A DNA stretch of 63,760 nucleotides, counting the filler, from Lenisia limosa (lineage: Eukaryota > Protista > Breviatea), in the NCBI GenBank assembly GCA_001655205.1. It is 5 parts of 5 records of this genome, joined end to end, with 100 filler letters (N's around TTAATTAATTAA, not from the genome) between each part and the next. Parts side by side here need not be neighbours in the genome. Positions count along the whole stretch, not along the records: positions 1 to 29,953 come from LPNZ01008300.1; positions 30,054 to 38,119 come from LPNZ01000179.1; 3 more parts are not named here. One strand, given 5' to 3'. Both the position numbers and the translations under genes were made by a program. The notes beneath the pieces are model-generated. The model did no database searches. It had not been told where the DNA came from and worked only from the letters and a program-made list of their open reading frames with translations. Positions within the stretch are counted from its first letter, which is position 1. Every line of letters begins with the position of its first letter. Below are positions 25,784-38,219 of the stretch, piece by piece.

Positions 25784-28700
25784 ATGGAAAGGAGTGACAG
25801 GGATAAGAAGGCCCCTAATATCTATTCAAAAGTGAAGTCTGCTATATTCAATGAAGATGTTGCTTTCATTGAGTCAATGACCAGTGAACGCCTTTCAAAA
25901 TGGAAGAATGACAAAGTGTGTTTCATCTGTTCTTGTGAGTCTCAATTGACTATTTAGAACCAAAACTTTCTCCATATTTCTCTCTTTTCCAAAGTGCGGA
26001 AGAATGTCGCCATAATTCAGCGTTTGTACAACCTGGGCTGTGACCCTAACATGGTTGATACTGTAAGACAGCGGAAGTCGTATTACTCACAACACAGAAT
26101 GGCTACAGCCCAATCATGATGGCTGTTAATGATGGCCTTGTCCAGGTGTTTGCTATATTTGAAGACAAATTTGATCCCTCCACAAAGGTTTGGTTTGAAA
26201 AATCGTAAACGCCTGTAGTCACGAAATGGCAAGCCTCTCATTGACGAGGCCATTGCGAGAGACCGCCATCAGATGGTGGAGTATCTTCAGAGATTCGGAG
26301 CACTTCAGGCTCCTTCGGTTAGTACATAAATGGATATTAATGTTTCAGACCGAAATTATTAAGGAGTTAAAAGCCTTAATTTTCAACGACGGAGATAATT
26401 TTAGATTTGAGGAGATCATCAACCTTGGTTTCGACCTTTCCACCCCTAATCGAGTAAGATCTATATTTATTAACTAATTAAGTGTAGTCACAATCCACTT
26501 GGCTCCATTTGTCATCCAGAATGGGTGATCTTGAAAAGTCACGGCTTCTTATTGAAAAGAATGTTCCTGTCAACCTTCAAGACATCGTATGTGCGGGTCA
26601 TATATTGAAATCAGCACATGATTCTTGTTTTTAATGTATATAAACCAAATTTCTTTATTTCCATGAAATACTGAAGTGCTTTATAGGTTGGTTGATCTGA
26701 TCAAGCTACGTAAATGCATCCAATGTAAATCAATAAAATTATCGTATTTTTGAAAATTGAAAACCTTGTGTGCTGGGGAGGCACGCACAAAGCTGTGTGC
26801 ACAGTGTTGTCAGGCAAATTATTTAGTGATTGAATATTATGCCATAATCCAATATTGCTTGTAAACGTGATGGTGTGCGGCTTTATTTCTCATCTTTATG
26901 TTATATATTACATATAATATGATATATGATACATGATATATTACTAATATGTATACACCGACCGCGATAAGTCCTGACACGGATATTGAGCTTTCTCTTT
27001 AGTCAATCGTGCGTGGCAGGACTCATCGCTGTCAGTGTATCTATAATTATATGTATAATACATATCATATTGTATATCCATATGTCATATCCCACTTTTG
27101 AGTCATTCACACGAGTGAACTTCTACATTACAATTATCGTGTTATGAAAAATATATTCCCCCCATACTAAAGATAAGACGAAGAAAGCATAAATTTAGAA
27201 AACTCAAAAAGATACTGAAGAATGAAAAAGACTTCAAATCGTACTGTTTTGAAAAATAAATATGAATAAGAATGTTGCATAATATATGTTGAAATGAGAT
27301 GAGAGGTATCTCCTTCTGTTTTTACTAAACGATCTAAGGAAATCATGTGTTTAGAAAGGCGAAACTCCGCTTTACATTGCATGCCATTCTTTCAACGACA
27401 AGCCAGAACTGGTGAATTTGCTGCTTGAAAATGGGGCTGATCCTAATATTCCCAGAATTGTTTGTACCTGAATATCGTTGTATTTACATGTAGGGCGGAT
27501 TTACTCCTTTGCACGTTGCGTGCCGAGGTCTGCGGACTGAAATGATCAAAGTGTTGGTCAGATACAATGCAAGAGCTGATATCATGACTGATCAAGTGGG
27601 TGTCGAAGATGTGTGGCAAATTAACGTTTCAGAACACCGGATTTGTTGCTATTCATTCAATGATGGCATCTTCGTCCAGTTCTTCCCTTGATGTCTTCAA
27701 AAACGCACTTATAGTTCGCCTTTTTTTTGTCTAGTTACAGTTTTAGGCTCTTTCGAAAGCTCCTGGGTTCTCAATCAATGCTGTTAATGCGGTTGGTTTG
27801 GATTTTGTTTTCACAAGGTTTCAAGAACTCCAACATTCTCGTGTAGAAAATAAGGTATAATAATACTGTAGCATGGTGAAACCCTCCTTGACCGTGCTTT
27901 CACGATTGGAGATCAGCCAGCTCTTGTTGATATTATCACCGACCTCTTCCCTGAAAGCCTTCATAGTATTGTGAGAGGCTAGCTGTTGTCCTTTCACCAA
28001 ACACTGCTAACTTGTGCAGGACTTTGCGAAATTGTCACGTTTTGCTAACGAGACAATGCGATCTGCCTTGACTCCAATTGCTGAAGCTCTTGGTATTGAG
28101 GCTGTAAACGAAGTACAAGACTTTTTCACTCCTCCCCAGGCTTCAGGATTTGAAATGAGTAAGCTTGAAGATGTTTTAATGTTTGTAGAAACTTCCCAAT
28201 ACCTTCTTGAAGACTGCATTACGAAGCAATTTATCCCTACAAGAGTAAGGAATAGGGAAGGAAGTCTCTCTGAATTGCCCTGGATAACGCTTATAGATTC
28301 AAATTTGCCGTTCACTTGCTGAAGATGTCAAATCTCGTCATTCTAAAAGTGAAAGTGCCTTAGGGTATATCCATGTAGGCTTTCATCAGATTAGTGACAT
28401 TATAGTCCTCAAATGTTGTGGTCAAGGTCGATTCCGGCACAGTCACCGCGTCCTTCGTCTTCTCAAATGATGGTAAAAGTGGAATTTTATTGTCACTCTT
28501 CAGACAAAGAATACTATCCCAATAATAAGGAATCATTACACAAGCCTGACGATATTTACGCTCTTGGTCAGCTTTTTGCCTATATCTTAACCTTTTCAAA
28601 TTTGGAATTACAGTTTGTTGGGGTCTTGCACTGTTCATTCATATCTCTTTTTTTTGTCTTATTTTCCCTTCAGTGACAATTTACTCAAGCTTCCTGAGTT

Positions 28701-29900
28701 TTGTGACGACATGAGAGACAGTGGTAATGCCGCAATTGCTGGTTCATTGATTGTTGAAATGGTACAGAAGAGTGAGGCACGGAGACCAACTGCAAATGAT
28801 GTGAGTTTGATCGTGTGACAGATACCAGGTTGTGAACCGGTGAAATATCAAAAAATTGTTTCATAGAGCATAATGTAAGAAAATACAACAATAAATCTTA
28901 CGCCTCCTGCCGCTCTTGCGTAAATGGGAGGGGGGATGACCATGGACTGAATATGAATTGACACCACATTTCAGTGTTTTGTATTGTAATAGTGTTAGTC
29001 CTGCAATATATGAATCCGCATTTCGTTAATACTGTATTCTACATCATATTGTTTTTCTGCAGTTCTTATGATTTAGGTCGTCAATGATCCTCTCTTTGGG
29101 CTGACTCATCAAACTGCTGCAAGAGTATGTAAATGTCTTTGCTTATTTTTAGGCTTTATCATGTCTCTGTCTTTCTGATTATGTTGTTGACGGACCAATA
29201 AAGAAGGCTGCTTTGAGAGGTTTGCCAATAAGAGTATTTAATATCTCATCGATATTTTAGTTATTGAAGGAGTGGGTGAAGTGCTTCCAGAGCTTGCCAA
29301 TCAGGAGTTCTTTTCAATCTTCAAAAAAAGGTAAGACCATGCATGCCTTGCCTCAGGTAGCCATCTTTCTCATCCAATAGAATTGAGTTCTCGAAGTCAA
29401 GCATGATCAGGGTTGCGAATGTTGACGCAGTAGATGTTCTTCTCTACGGGCTAACACAGCCTGGCTGTCATGGACTAGAGTTTGAATGGTAATTGTCTGC
29501 CAATAGTACCGTTTTTTTTTACGAATTCAGTCCTGTCTTTGAGGCCAGCCTTGGGTTCATCAATAAATACCTTCCTCTTTCGTTGTCTGCTGCCTATTTT
29601 GCTGTGGCTTCGCAGGAGGTAAGAGAAACTCAATTCCTGCAATGCTTCACAAGGTACTTTGGTTCACCCAATAGGCACTTGCACAAAATGTCTTCTTAAC
29701 TCCTGTGCTGATGAAGCCATCTTACACCCGTTCACGCATTCAAAACATTTCTTCATTGTGGGGTGATTTTACTATTATTTGTGACAAGGATCATGGCTGA
29801 TAGTCTAGGCTTGCTTTCTATGAAGGAAGCGAAGAATACACGCATCTCCCCGCTTCGTGGTCTCTGCTTCCCTCAGTCTGCACGCATGTTGATACTGCTG
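25784..29900 (+). CDS. Ankyrin repeats + degenerate kinase-like domain + helical C-terminus (may be truncated at the scaffold end)
   Basis: GETPLYIAC..LLLENGADPN, GFTPLHVAC; kinase C-lobe motifs DDIYALGQLFAYILT and LIVEMVQKSEARRPTAND; no clear HRD or DFG. Confidence 0.7.
26956..27037. mobile_element. 82-bp MITE-like element with about 25-bp TIRs and TA flanks
   Basis: TA-CACCGACCGCGATAAGTCCTGACACG ... CGTGGCAGGACTCATCGCTGTCAGTG-TA. Confidence 0.75.
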
Positions 29901-29953
29901 ATATCTCACAATTTCGCCAACTGTAATTTTATATTATTATATTTTATTTTTTT

Positions 29954-30053
29954 NNNNNNNNNNNNNNNNNNNNNNNNNNNNNNNNNNNNNNNNNNNNTTA
30001 ATTAATTAANNNNNNNNNNNNNNNNNNNNNNNNNNNNNNNNNNNNNNNNNNNN
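29954..30053. other. Artificial scaffold linker (also 38120-38219, 50319-50418, 62240-62339)
   Basis: Identical 44N-TTAATTAATTAA-44N; the 12-mer gives stops in all six frames. Confidence 0.97.
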
Positions 30054-32840
30054 ACATTGCCCACAGTGAGGCCCTCACGGGGCAAGGGCTTCAGTCCAAG
30101 CGCATCAAGAAGGGACACGGAATCGGGACGTTTGAGCGGGTCTTTCTCCAGCATTCTGGGGGTCAGAACGGCCAATACATTTCCAAATTAGTGCCCTATG
30201 AGAGCAAGACAACAGGGCAAAAACATTACTCCATCACGGTTAGGTATGATTCAATACGGGTTCGAAGTTTCACTCTGGGTTTAACTGCCCCAACCCTCAG
30301 ACCTGTAGCAGATATCGCGGAGGGAATCAGAATATTCTTCAGGGGCACGCGGGGTGGGGTCGGTGCAAATTTTTGAAATTAAAGTGACAATGTCCTGGGT
30401 GGTGTCACAAGTAGGGATTATTTTGGGAATAATCAATATTAAACAATTAACAAAACGGGTACCTCCCTTTACTGACAAGGACACAGAGCGATAAGCTCTC
30501 GAAAAAATCACAATATTAAAAGGCAAGTCCAACATACCTTTGCCCTAAAAGGCAAGTCGAAAGTCATCCATTGGAAGAGTACCACGCCAACAGACCAAAT
30601 ATCGGCACTCATTGTGTAGGGTTTTCCGCTGGCAACCTCAGCCTGGGGTTGGGGATGAACAATGACAATAAATGATGGGTGGAGATGAATATGGAATATT
30701 ATGAAATCAGGGTTTTCTGCTTATATTATATTTTGGGCTTCACTTCGGTTCGAAAAGTGACTGAATTTCTCGATAAATCCTCGAAAACTAACCAGACTTT
30801 TTCGAACCGAAGTGAAGCCGTAATTATAGTGATATTGTATAATATGGCTATTTATTACCGAATGGATCACAAGAAGGAGTCTACAATGTAAATGGCCTCG
30901 GGGTATTGCACTAATATAGAAATTGGAATTCCACTTCAACTCCTTGCGGCAGAATAGGTCTGGGATGCCCTACTTACCGAAAGATAGTAGGGGGTTCCGC
31001 ACTGGGTCTGAGCCATCGAAGCTGTGGACGACAGCACCCGCACAAAACTGGCAGTATTATTCATGATCATTGGTAAATTGTATTCATTTGTCATTGAGGG
31101 GAGGGCTTTTGAATAAATCCATATTAATATATAAAAATAATGTGGGGATGGCGGACGGGGATAAGTTGATGATAATAATACCAAGACACACGTGAGGTGG
31201 TAATATCGCCTACCCAAAGTTTCCGAGTTTGAGACTATCACCAAACGCCAAATAGAGGTTAGCAGGCTAGAGCGTCAAATATATCGGGAAACAGGCTCTG
31301 AAAACACTGGTACAGATATCTTATTATATATGACCTTGACGAACATTGTCTATAAGCAGATAATTGGCAGCTGAATATTCCACCTTTCAGTATGCAAGAC
31401 TTCCAATAATTTTATTATGAAACCAATTCAAATAGTAGATTGGTTGCCGAAAAAAAAAATATTGCCATTTAAGCCGATAGCTTAATAACCAAACCAAAGT
31501 GCCCCCACCTTGATGTCCCGATGGATCACACGACGATCATGAAGATCCGCAACAGCGAGCAATAACTGTCCAAGCCACCTTCGGATCTCCTGGGTGGTCA
31601 AATTTGTGGCTGGAACCAGATGAAGTGAAAACAAAAAGAATATATATTAGAAAAAAGAAAAAAAAGGGAACAGGGGGGCTTGTTGCATCTAATTTTTACC
31701 TTAGAATAAGCCCCCACATCATCCTTCAGCCCAGCTTTCATTATCTCATTTCCAACAATGAATTTTAACGACAAGCCCAGGTATCACTTAGCTGTCAGGT
31801 TTTTTCCTCTACACTCCCTACATTTTCAGCATATCGGAACCGATTTGTTGAGGAGTCTTTGGCGAGTCTGGACCGGAGATCTCCACCAGGACAATACTAG
31901 GAAATAATAAAAAGAAGCAGGGGGTGCTCTAGGGATTTCAAGGTGCTGGAATGGTGTTGCAAGTTGCTTTGCCTGAGTGGGCGGAGTGGGGGTGGCGAAA
32001 AAGAAGAAAAAAAATAAAAAAAAAATAAAAAAAAAAAAGCCATTTTATGATCGGAGTTGGGGATGATCCTTAAGACACCATACGGACAAATTTCCTAAAA
32101 TGTACCTCAGTCAGCAGGTAGATTCTGTCAGTGTTGTTGTCGTACACCGCGCCCTCGAATCGGACGATATTGGGGTGTGACACTGACCGGAGCACTCGCA
32201 CCTAAGGATGGATCAGAATTACAATAAAATAGACTGTCACAAGTGGTCGGTTGCACCACAGCAACATGGGTTGCTTAATGTGGTGTTTGCAGACCACTAA
32301 CATACCAGTAGGCAAGGCGGGGACAGGAACTGGAATTCAATCCAACTACCTGCTTACCCACACACAGAACCAAGAACCCCAAGTGAATCATTTATTAAAA
32401 ACTATTTGTATCCACCTTCTCCACTCAATCGTAATCATGAGCCCTTGAACTTTACCCAGAAGACTGGGCTATTTTCACTAGGGATCAGGTTGGGAGAATA
32501 TGGTCGCAGTAAGAACCGGTTAAAACATGCCCTCCTTCAAACCTCTTGTTTTGACTGGATCATATCCTTTTCAGAAAAGTTCTAGAGTAGGTGAGGGATT
32601 ATTGGGCTAGCTGTTACCAACAAAATGGCACCCTGGGAGCAAACCTTCGTATTGACAATCTTAATTACGAAGAGAGCTCTATCTCCGAGGCGTCTCACGA
32701 CCATCGTTGAGGCTGAGAAAGTAAAAAACAAAGCTGGAAGTAGCAGTACCATTCTCCCGTGTTGTGAGGTCACGGACAAATTCAAAGTCTCGAGAAAGCC
32801 ATTCAGAATCCCTAACAAGGGCCTCCCCTGTCTGAGACAT
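30054..32840 (-). CDS. NIMA-related (NEK-like) protein kinase with degenerate motifs (3' end at scaffold edge)
   Basis: FVIK, EVRVLRSVSHPNIVRF, EYCPGGDL, VIHRDIKPAN, KLGNFG, AQTQCGTPYYLSAE, ADIWSVG, MLEKDPLKRP. Confidence 0.85.
30736..30819. mobile_element. MITE family A, copy 1
   Basis: TIR GGCTTCACTTCGGTTCGAAAA ... TTTTCGAACCGAAGTGAAGCC; lies in a NEK intron. Confidence 0.85.
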
Positions 32841-33146
32841 CTTCAAGTTATTAAGGAAGGGCTCTTCTTCGGTGCCTGTCTCAATATATATATCCTCCTA
32901 GTGTTCAAATGTTGTAATATATATATAAAATGAAACTTTTTATATTGGAATTTTTCGCCCTGTAAATATGATCTATATAATCTACCTTTTGAAAATTGCG
33001 ACGCATTGACACAGCACCAAATACCAAAATACTGCCTTAGTTACACGTTTATAAGTAAAGTATAGAACGTAGAAGCACAATAGTCACCAGAGGCCAACTT
33101 GCTGTGATTGTTTTTAGAAATGAAGTAATTTAGGGGACCCTCGGCA

Positions 33147-36100
33147 ATGGATGGACTTTCACATCCCCAACAGAGAGGGTTTGCGGGAGGCCGTGTTCGA
33201 AGACAGGCCAAAGTGAACCCCTCAGCCCGCTCTAACGAACTGCCGCCCCTCAGTGGCCCTACTACCTCTGTTACCACCACAACTCGAACCACAACTACCA
33301 CGACCACCACTAAAAACATCAAAATCGTCCCTAATGTCCCTCCTTCGTCCCCAAACAAGACCTTTCAAGTATGTGGCTGTGGAATGAGCTTCCTGCTTTT
33401 GAGATGAATAAAATGTTGGGGTTTAACAATAAAGTTTAACAGAAGTATAAATGTCAAATTTGGATATAGTTGGATTGGTAAATTGGGGAGAACCGCCATC
33501 ACGCTTGTCTAATTCCAATATTCTGGATATTCCTTCAAACTCTGAATTGTTGTAGAACTTGCCATCCTTTTCAACAACCATTCCTCTATATGATCGTTGA
33601 ACCAGATGCTTATGAGTAACATAAACCTATGTGGCCAGATAAACATTTTTTAAGCAAACAAAAATCTTCTGTAGTATCCTCACAGTAGATAAATGAATGC
33701 TATACCATTACTTGTTGTTGTTTTGCTTCACACCACCCAGGGTTCGCGGCGCCGCACACACGCCACTTCACCACCACGTCGTCGGCCCGGAAGCGCGGAA
33801 GTTGCTGCTCGGAACCTGCAGAACTCCACCATCACCACTGGTGGCGGGAGGCGAACTAAGAACGGTCTTGCGTCAGATAGGGCTATTGCGGAACAGGTTG
33901 GGGTGGATTTTGGAGGTACCTTCTTCTTTCAAGTTTGGGTTTAGGAGTTAGTATGCATTTATAGCTTTTTTTTTGTGCTTTTCATGGATGTGCCCTTGAT
34001 TTTTTTTTGTTTGTTTGTTTTGTCCATCACCAATTTGGACGGTACCCCCTCGCTTAAACTCATATTGTCTTCATCTAAATGTCCTTTGGTTTACTCCGTA
34101 GGTGAATTCGGTGCTTGGAGAGGCAGAAGAAGAACGCGAGGAGGCAAGTCTTACGTCATCGCTCGCTGGTGAAGTTAACATGTCGCCTTTGGTGGGATAG
34201 TGGAATTGCAGGGAAAAGGCCAATCATGGTCTTGTTTGGGTGTTTTTTTTTTGCTAAATTCTCTCTCCTTTATCCGTTCCCCCTCCCCTGATTCACAAGA
34301 CTATTTATACTTTTATCCACTCTATTCACTAATCATCCAGCAAGCCGCTTGTGTGGAGATGATCATGGACGGCTGTGTTCAAGCATACACCGACCTCTTT
34401 ACTTTGACACATGGCGATGTTCCCCTCATCACATTTGACGCCTTGGTTGGCGGCTCTTCTGAATTACACACACTGCATTCGCATTGATCACAGGATTATT
34501 GCTTTTTACTGTTTCCTCCTTCACCTTTTCAGTCCACCAAAGACACGAAGTAAGCTGACGACCACAAGGAATGGGGTTATGCAATACCTGTACATATGTA
34601 TACAATGGCAGGCAATGATGAGATGTGGCATATAATTGTGCGTGGCTATTTCCCCTCTTACTAAATTTATATACTATATATGATATAGCTATACTATATT
34701 ATATCCGCTGATGTTGTGTCTTATTCATAATCCAGGGGTGCGTTGACCCCGGAATCCGATGAACTACTGCATTTCTTGAAGGTAGGGATATCTCAGAGCT
34801 ATACCATACTTCTCTGCTAGTTGTTATTCCAATAGTTGAGACAACTGTTTCATACCAAATGTGTACACATTTATTTTACCCCCCCCCCCAGGATAATCTA
34901 GTGGATGCAGAATTGGCATGGCGAAAGGGCGATACTGCAGCCGTTCAGGTTAGCTATCTGCCAGTGTAATTTCTTTTACTTAAGGCTTCCTCACAGTTCA
35001 ACTATCAGCAAACTCGGAATTAGTTCTTAACTTGCATCTCAAACGACATGACAAAAACAAATAACCTCATTTTCATATCGCTCATTGTTGCAAACATAAA
35101 TGGACATATAGCAATCTCACCCCTCCCCAGAAAGCTTATACCACGCTGGCTGCGAAATTCACAATTGACCACACACCATCTCCCGCCACTGCCGCGCCTC
35201 ATCTCGCACGCGCAACGCCATATATGTCCTCCCCGTCCCTCCGCAAGTCCATAGCCTCCCTCCCCCCGAAACCCGCCCTGGTGAGCTACTGCTTTGGTGT
35301 TGTCAGAATTGACCATTGTTAACTCGTTGAAAAAACAATCATCAGAGGGGGGTCTCTGCAGTAATTTATTTTAAAGTGCTAGAGGTTTTGTTTTTGTTCC
35401 GGGAAGCACCTCTCACCTAGCAGACCACCACCAACAACGCATCGGTAGCAGTGGGCTTCTTAGAGAAGTCCGTGGAACTGGCACGCTACTCTGACGATCA
35501 TGCTCTGCTCTGTCAGGCGTACTCGTGGGCTGGGAACCTGATATTTACAAATGTTTTGGAGAGTGATAGTCATTTTACCTTTTTTCCCCAGATTAGTTTC
35601 ATATATTTTGAGGCATTCTATTGCTGCCCTTTTCTCTTCCCATTTGCTAAATCGGTTTTTGCTGAATTCATTGTCACGATATATTCGGTGTTTAGTGTTG
35701 TTTTGTCTCAGCCATTATGAACACCTTCCTTGTTTTTTTTTCGTGTACAGATCTAAACTTTCGAGAACAATGTGTATTATACTCTAAACTGTCTCCAAAA
35801 CATGATTTTGTTGATAGCTTTGGACAGATGCTTCCCTTTCTCACTTTGCTTATAGAGCACTTGGTAACGCTGTTACACAATCCGGCCACTCCATACAGGC
35901 AACCATGTTCTATGAAAAGGGACTCAGAAGTGCCATTATCGCCGAGTCCAAAGTGGGGGGGGGGGTATTTGGTCCAAATTACATGTGATGATACTATTAT
36001 TTAAATTAACAATGTCGACACCTTTTGGCGGGTACAAGTCTGGCTTGAGCCCTCAGCTTGGTTATTGCTTTGGCCTCTAGATCCAATCGCAACACCCATT

Positions 36101-37659
36101 TGGACGTATACCCTGATCCAATTTATCATTATAAAGCTTAAAATCTTTTCCCCTCCCTCCTTGTCTGCTTGAATTTGCTAAGACGAATTTGACAGTGTAG
36201 GAGGAGGCAAGTGCGCTCCGACTGCTTCTTGTTTCTGCCTATCGCGAGGCCGCTGAGGACCTTGAGGCTAAAGGTGGGGTCAATATACCTTTGTGGGTGT
36301 CACTATGCCCCCCCCCCTCTTCACGATCTCATCGTTTCAGGAGATACCCAGGAGGCGATTAGTCGCTACGAGAGATGTGTTGAGGTTTGATGGATGTATC
36401 TTTACAATGTGTTTGAAGGGTAAATACACCTGTGATACCCCCAGCCCCAGCCCCAACAAGCCGTTTTGATACACGATGTGTGGAAATTGCCTCCCCCACA
36501 CAGTACTTCTAGCTCGTCATATTTTGAAACTTGAACCTCCTCTTCCCCATTCCAATATTTTAGGTTGCGGCCGCGTCTGGACAGGCCACTGCTGAATGTG
36601 ACGCTCGATATGCTCTTGGCAAAGTGGGGGGAGGGGGTTAAAGTCATATAAGTTAATTTGGATTCCATTTCTCTGCTGTTTTACAAATTCCCATTTTCAC
36701 CCCCCCCCCCAGGCACTACAGCAGTCGGGCAACCCGGAGGCGGGAGCAGAACAGCTGAACCTTTCGCTGGAACTGGCGGAAAAGGGTGGCGTACAGGCGT
36801 TGCGTGGGCGCGCATTGGCGGCTCTTGCTGCTTGTGGGGGGGGGCTGTATATTATTGTTAATAGCGATCATATTTTCTATTTTGGGATATCAAACAATGT
36901 CCTATATTACGTAACCATTGACTCGTTATGGTGTGATACTCTCTGCACTAGAACCTTTTACATTCCGAATTAAATCATGTCCATGCCCTTCTAATTTTTC
37001 AGGCCAAGTTCCCTCAGGTGACTCGTCGTCTTTCGGAATCGAGCAGCTGACACGAAATCTGGACCTAGCACGAGGTAGTGGCGATTTGGCTGAAATCTCC
37101 TCCGCAGCTACTCTGCTTGCAAATGCCCATCAAAAGTATGCTGACGGATAGATGGTGTATATCCGCAATCTTAACCACTTAGTTCGAAGATTAGTTAGTT
37201 TCTATAATCTTAGTAGCAAATCATAAAAACCAAGAGAAGTGTCGATTTAACCAGAACTCTGAGACGCGTTTAGCCATTAATCATTTATCCTCTCAATACT
37301 GTCTACAGGGATGTGTGTTTGTTGATTTCATATCCCCTCAAAAGGTGTTTATTCCCCTAGACTGAACCACCACGATGAGGCAGTCAAACTACTGGACGAA
37401 GCTTTAGACACGGCCTTGGACAGCGGGTCCCTGGCACTCATCGACGAGGCTCGGCTGGCCACTGGCATTGCCAAGGGCAACAGGGGTGGGGTTTCTGGTG
37501 ATATGACAAAATATAATACTATTATTATCTGATATATTATATATAATCACCTTTCACCATCCAGATCTGAATCTATTTATGAACAACGTTGTGGGGAACC
37601 TGCCGCGGGTCTTAATGTGGCAGTCCACGAGGCTACCCCTTGATGTGCCTAACGAATAG
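33147..37659 (+). CDS. TTC29: Tetratricopeptide repeat protein 29-like (axonemal)
   Basis: ACVEMIMDGCVQAYTDLFTLTH, several TPR helices (FYEKGLRSA, ECDARYALGKALQQSG), C-terminal LIDEARLATGIAKGN..LFMNNVVGNLPRVLMWQSTRLPL. Confidence 0.75.
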
Positions 37660-37866
37660 CGTTGTTTTGATGTATTGTGTATACTATTTACCAGAGATTA
37701 TGAGAGGGGAGGAGGAATTTTTTTTTGATATTTCACGCGATAGTCACAGTTCAATTTGATTGAATCTCAAACAACAAAGGGTTCTACTATTTAAACTGTT
37801 GTCGGTTTTACCATTACTCTTCTTGTGATCTAGAAATGTGGATTATTGCAAATTGAGAGAAAAAGA

Positions 37867-38092
<226 letters not shown>

Positions 38093-38219
38093 CTAAGTAC
38101 TATAGTATTACTAAACTCGNNNNNNNNNNNNNNNNNNNNNNNNNNNNNNNNNNNNNNNNNNNNTTAATTAATTAANNNNNNNNNNNNNNNNNNNNNNNNN
38201 NNNNNNNNNNNNNNNNNNN

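Noticed and set aside
29998-30009. TTAATTAATTAA palindrome recurring four times
   Set aside because: Always centred in 44N+44N; it is a six-frame stop linker added when scaffolds were concatenated. Gene neighbourhoods across these points are meaningless.
33420-33625. Antisense open stretch in a TTC29 intron (VYVTHKHLVQRSYRGMVVEKDGKF..)
   Set aside because: No recognisable motif or linked exons; an open frame of this length can occur by chance.
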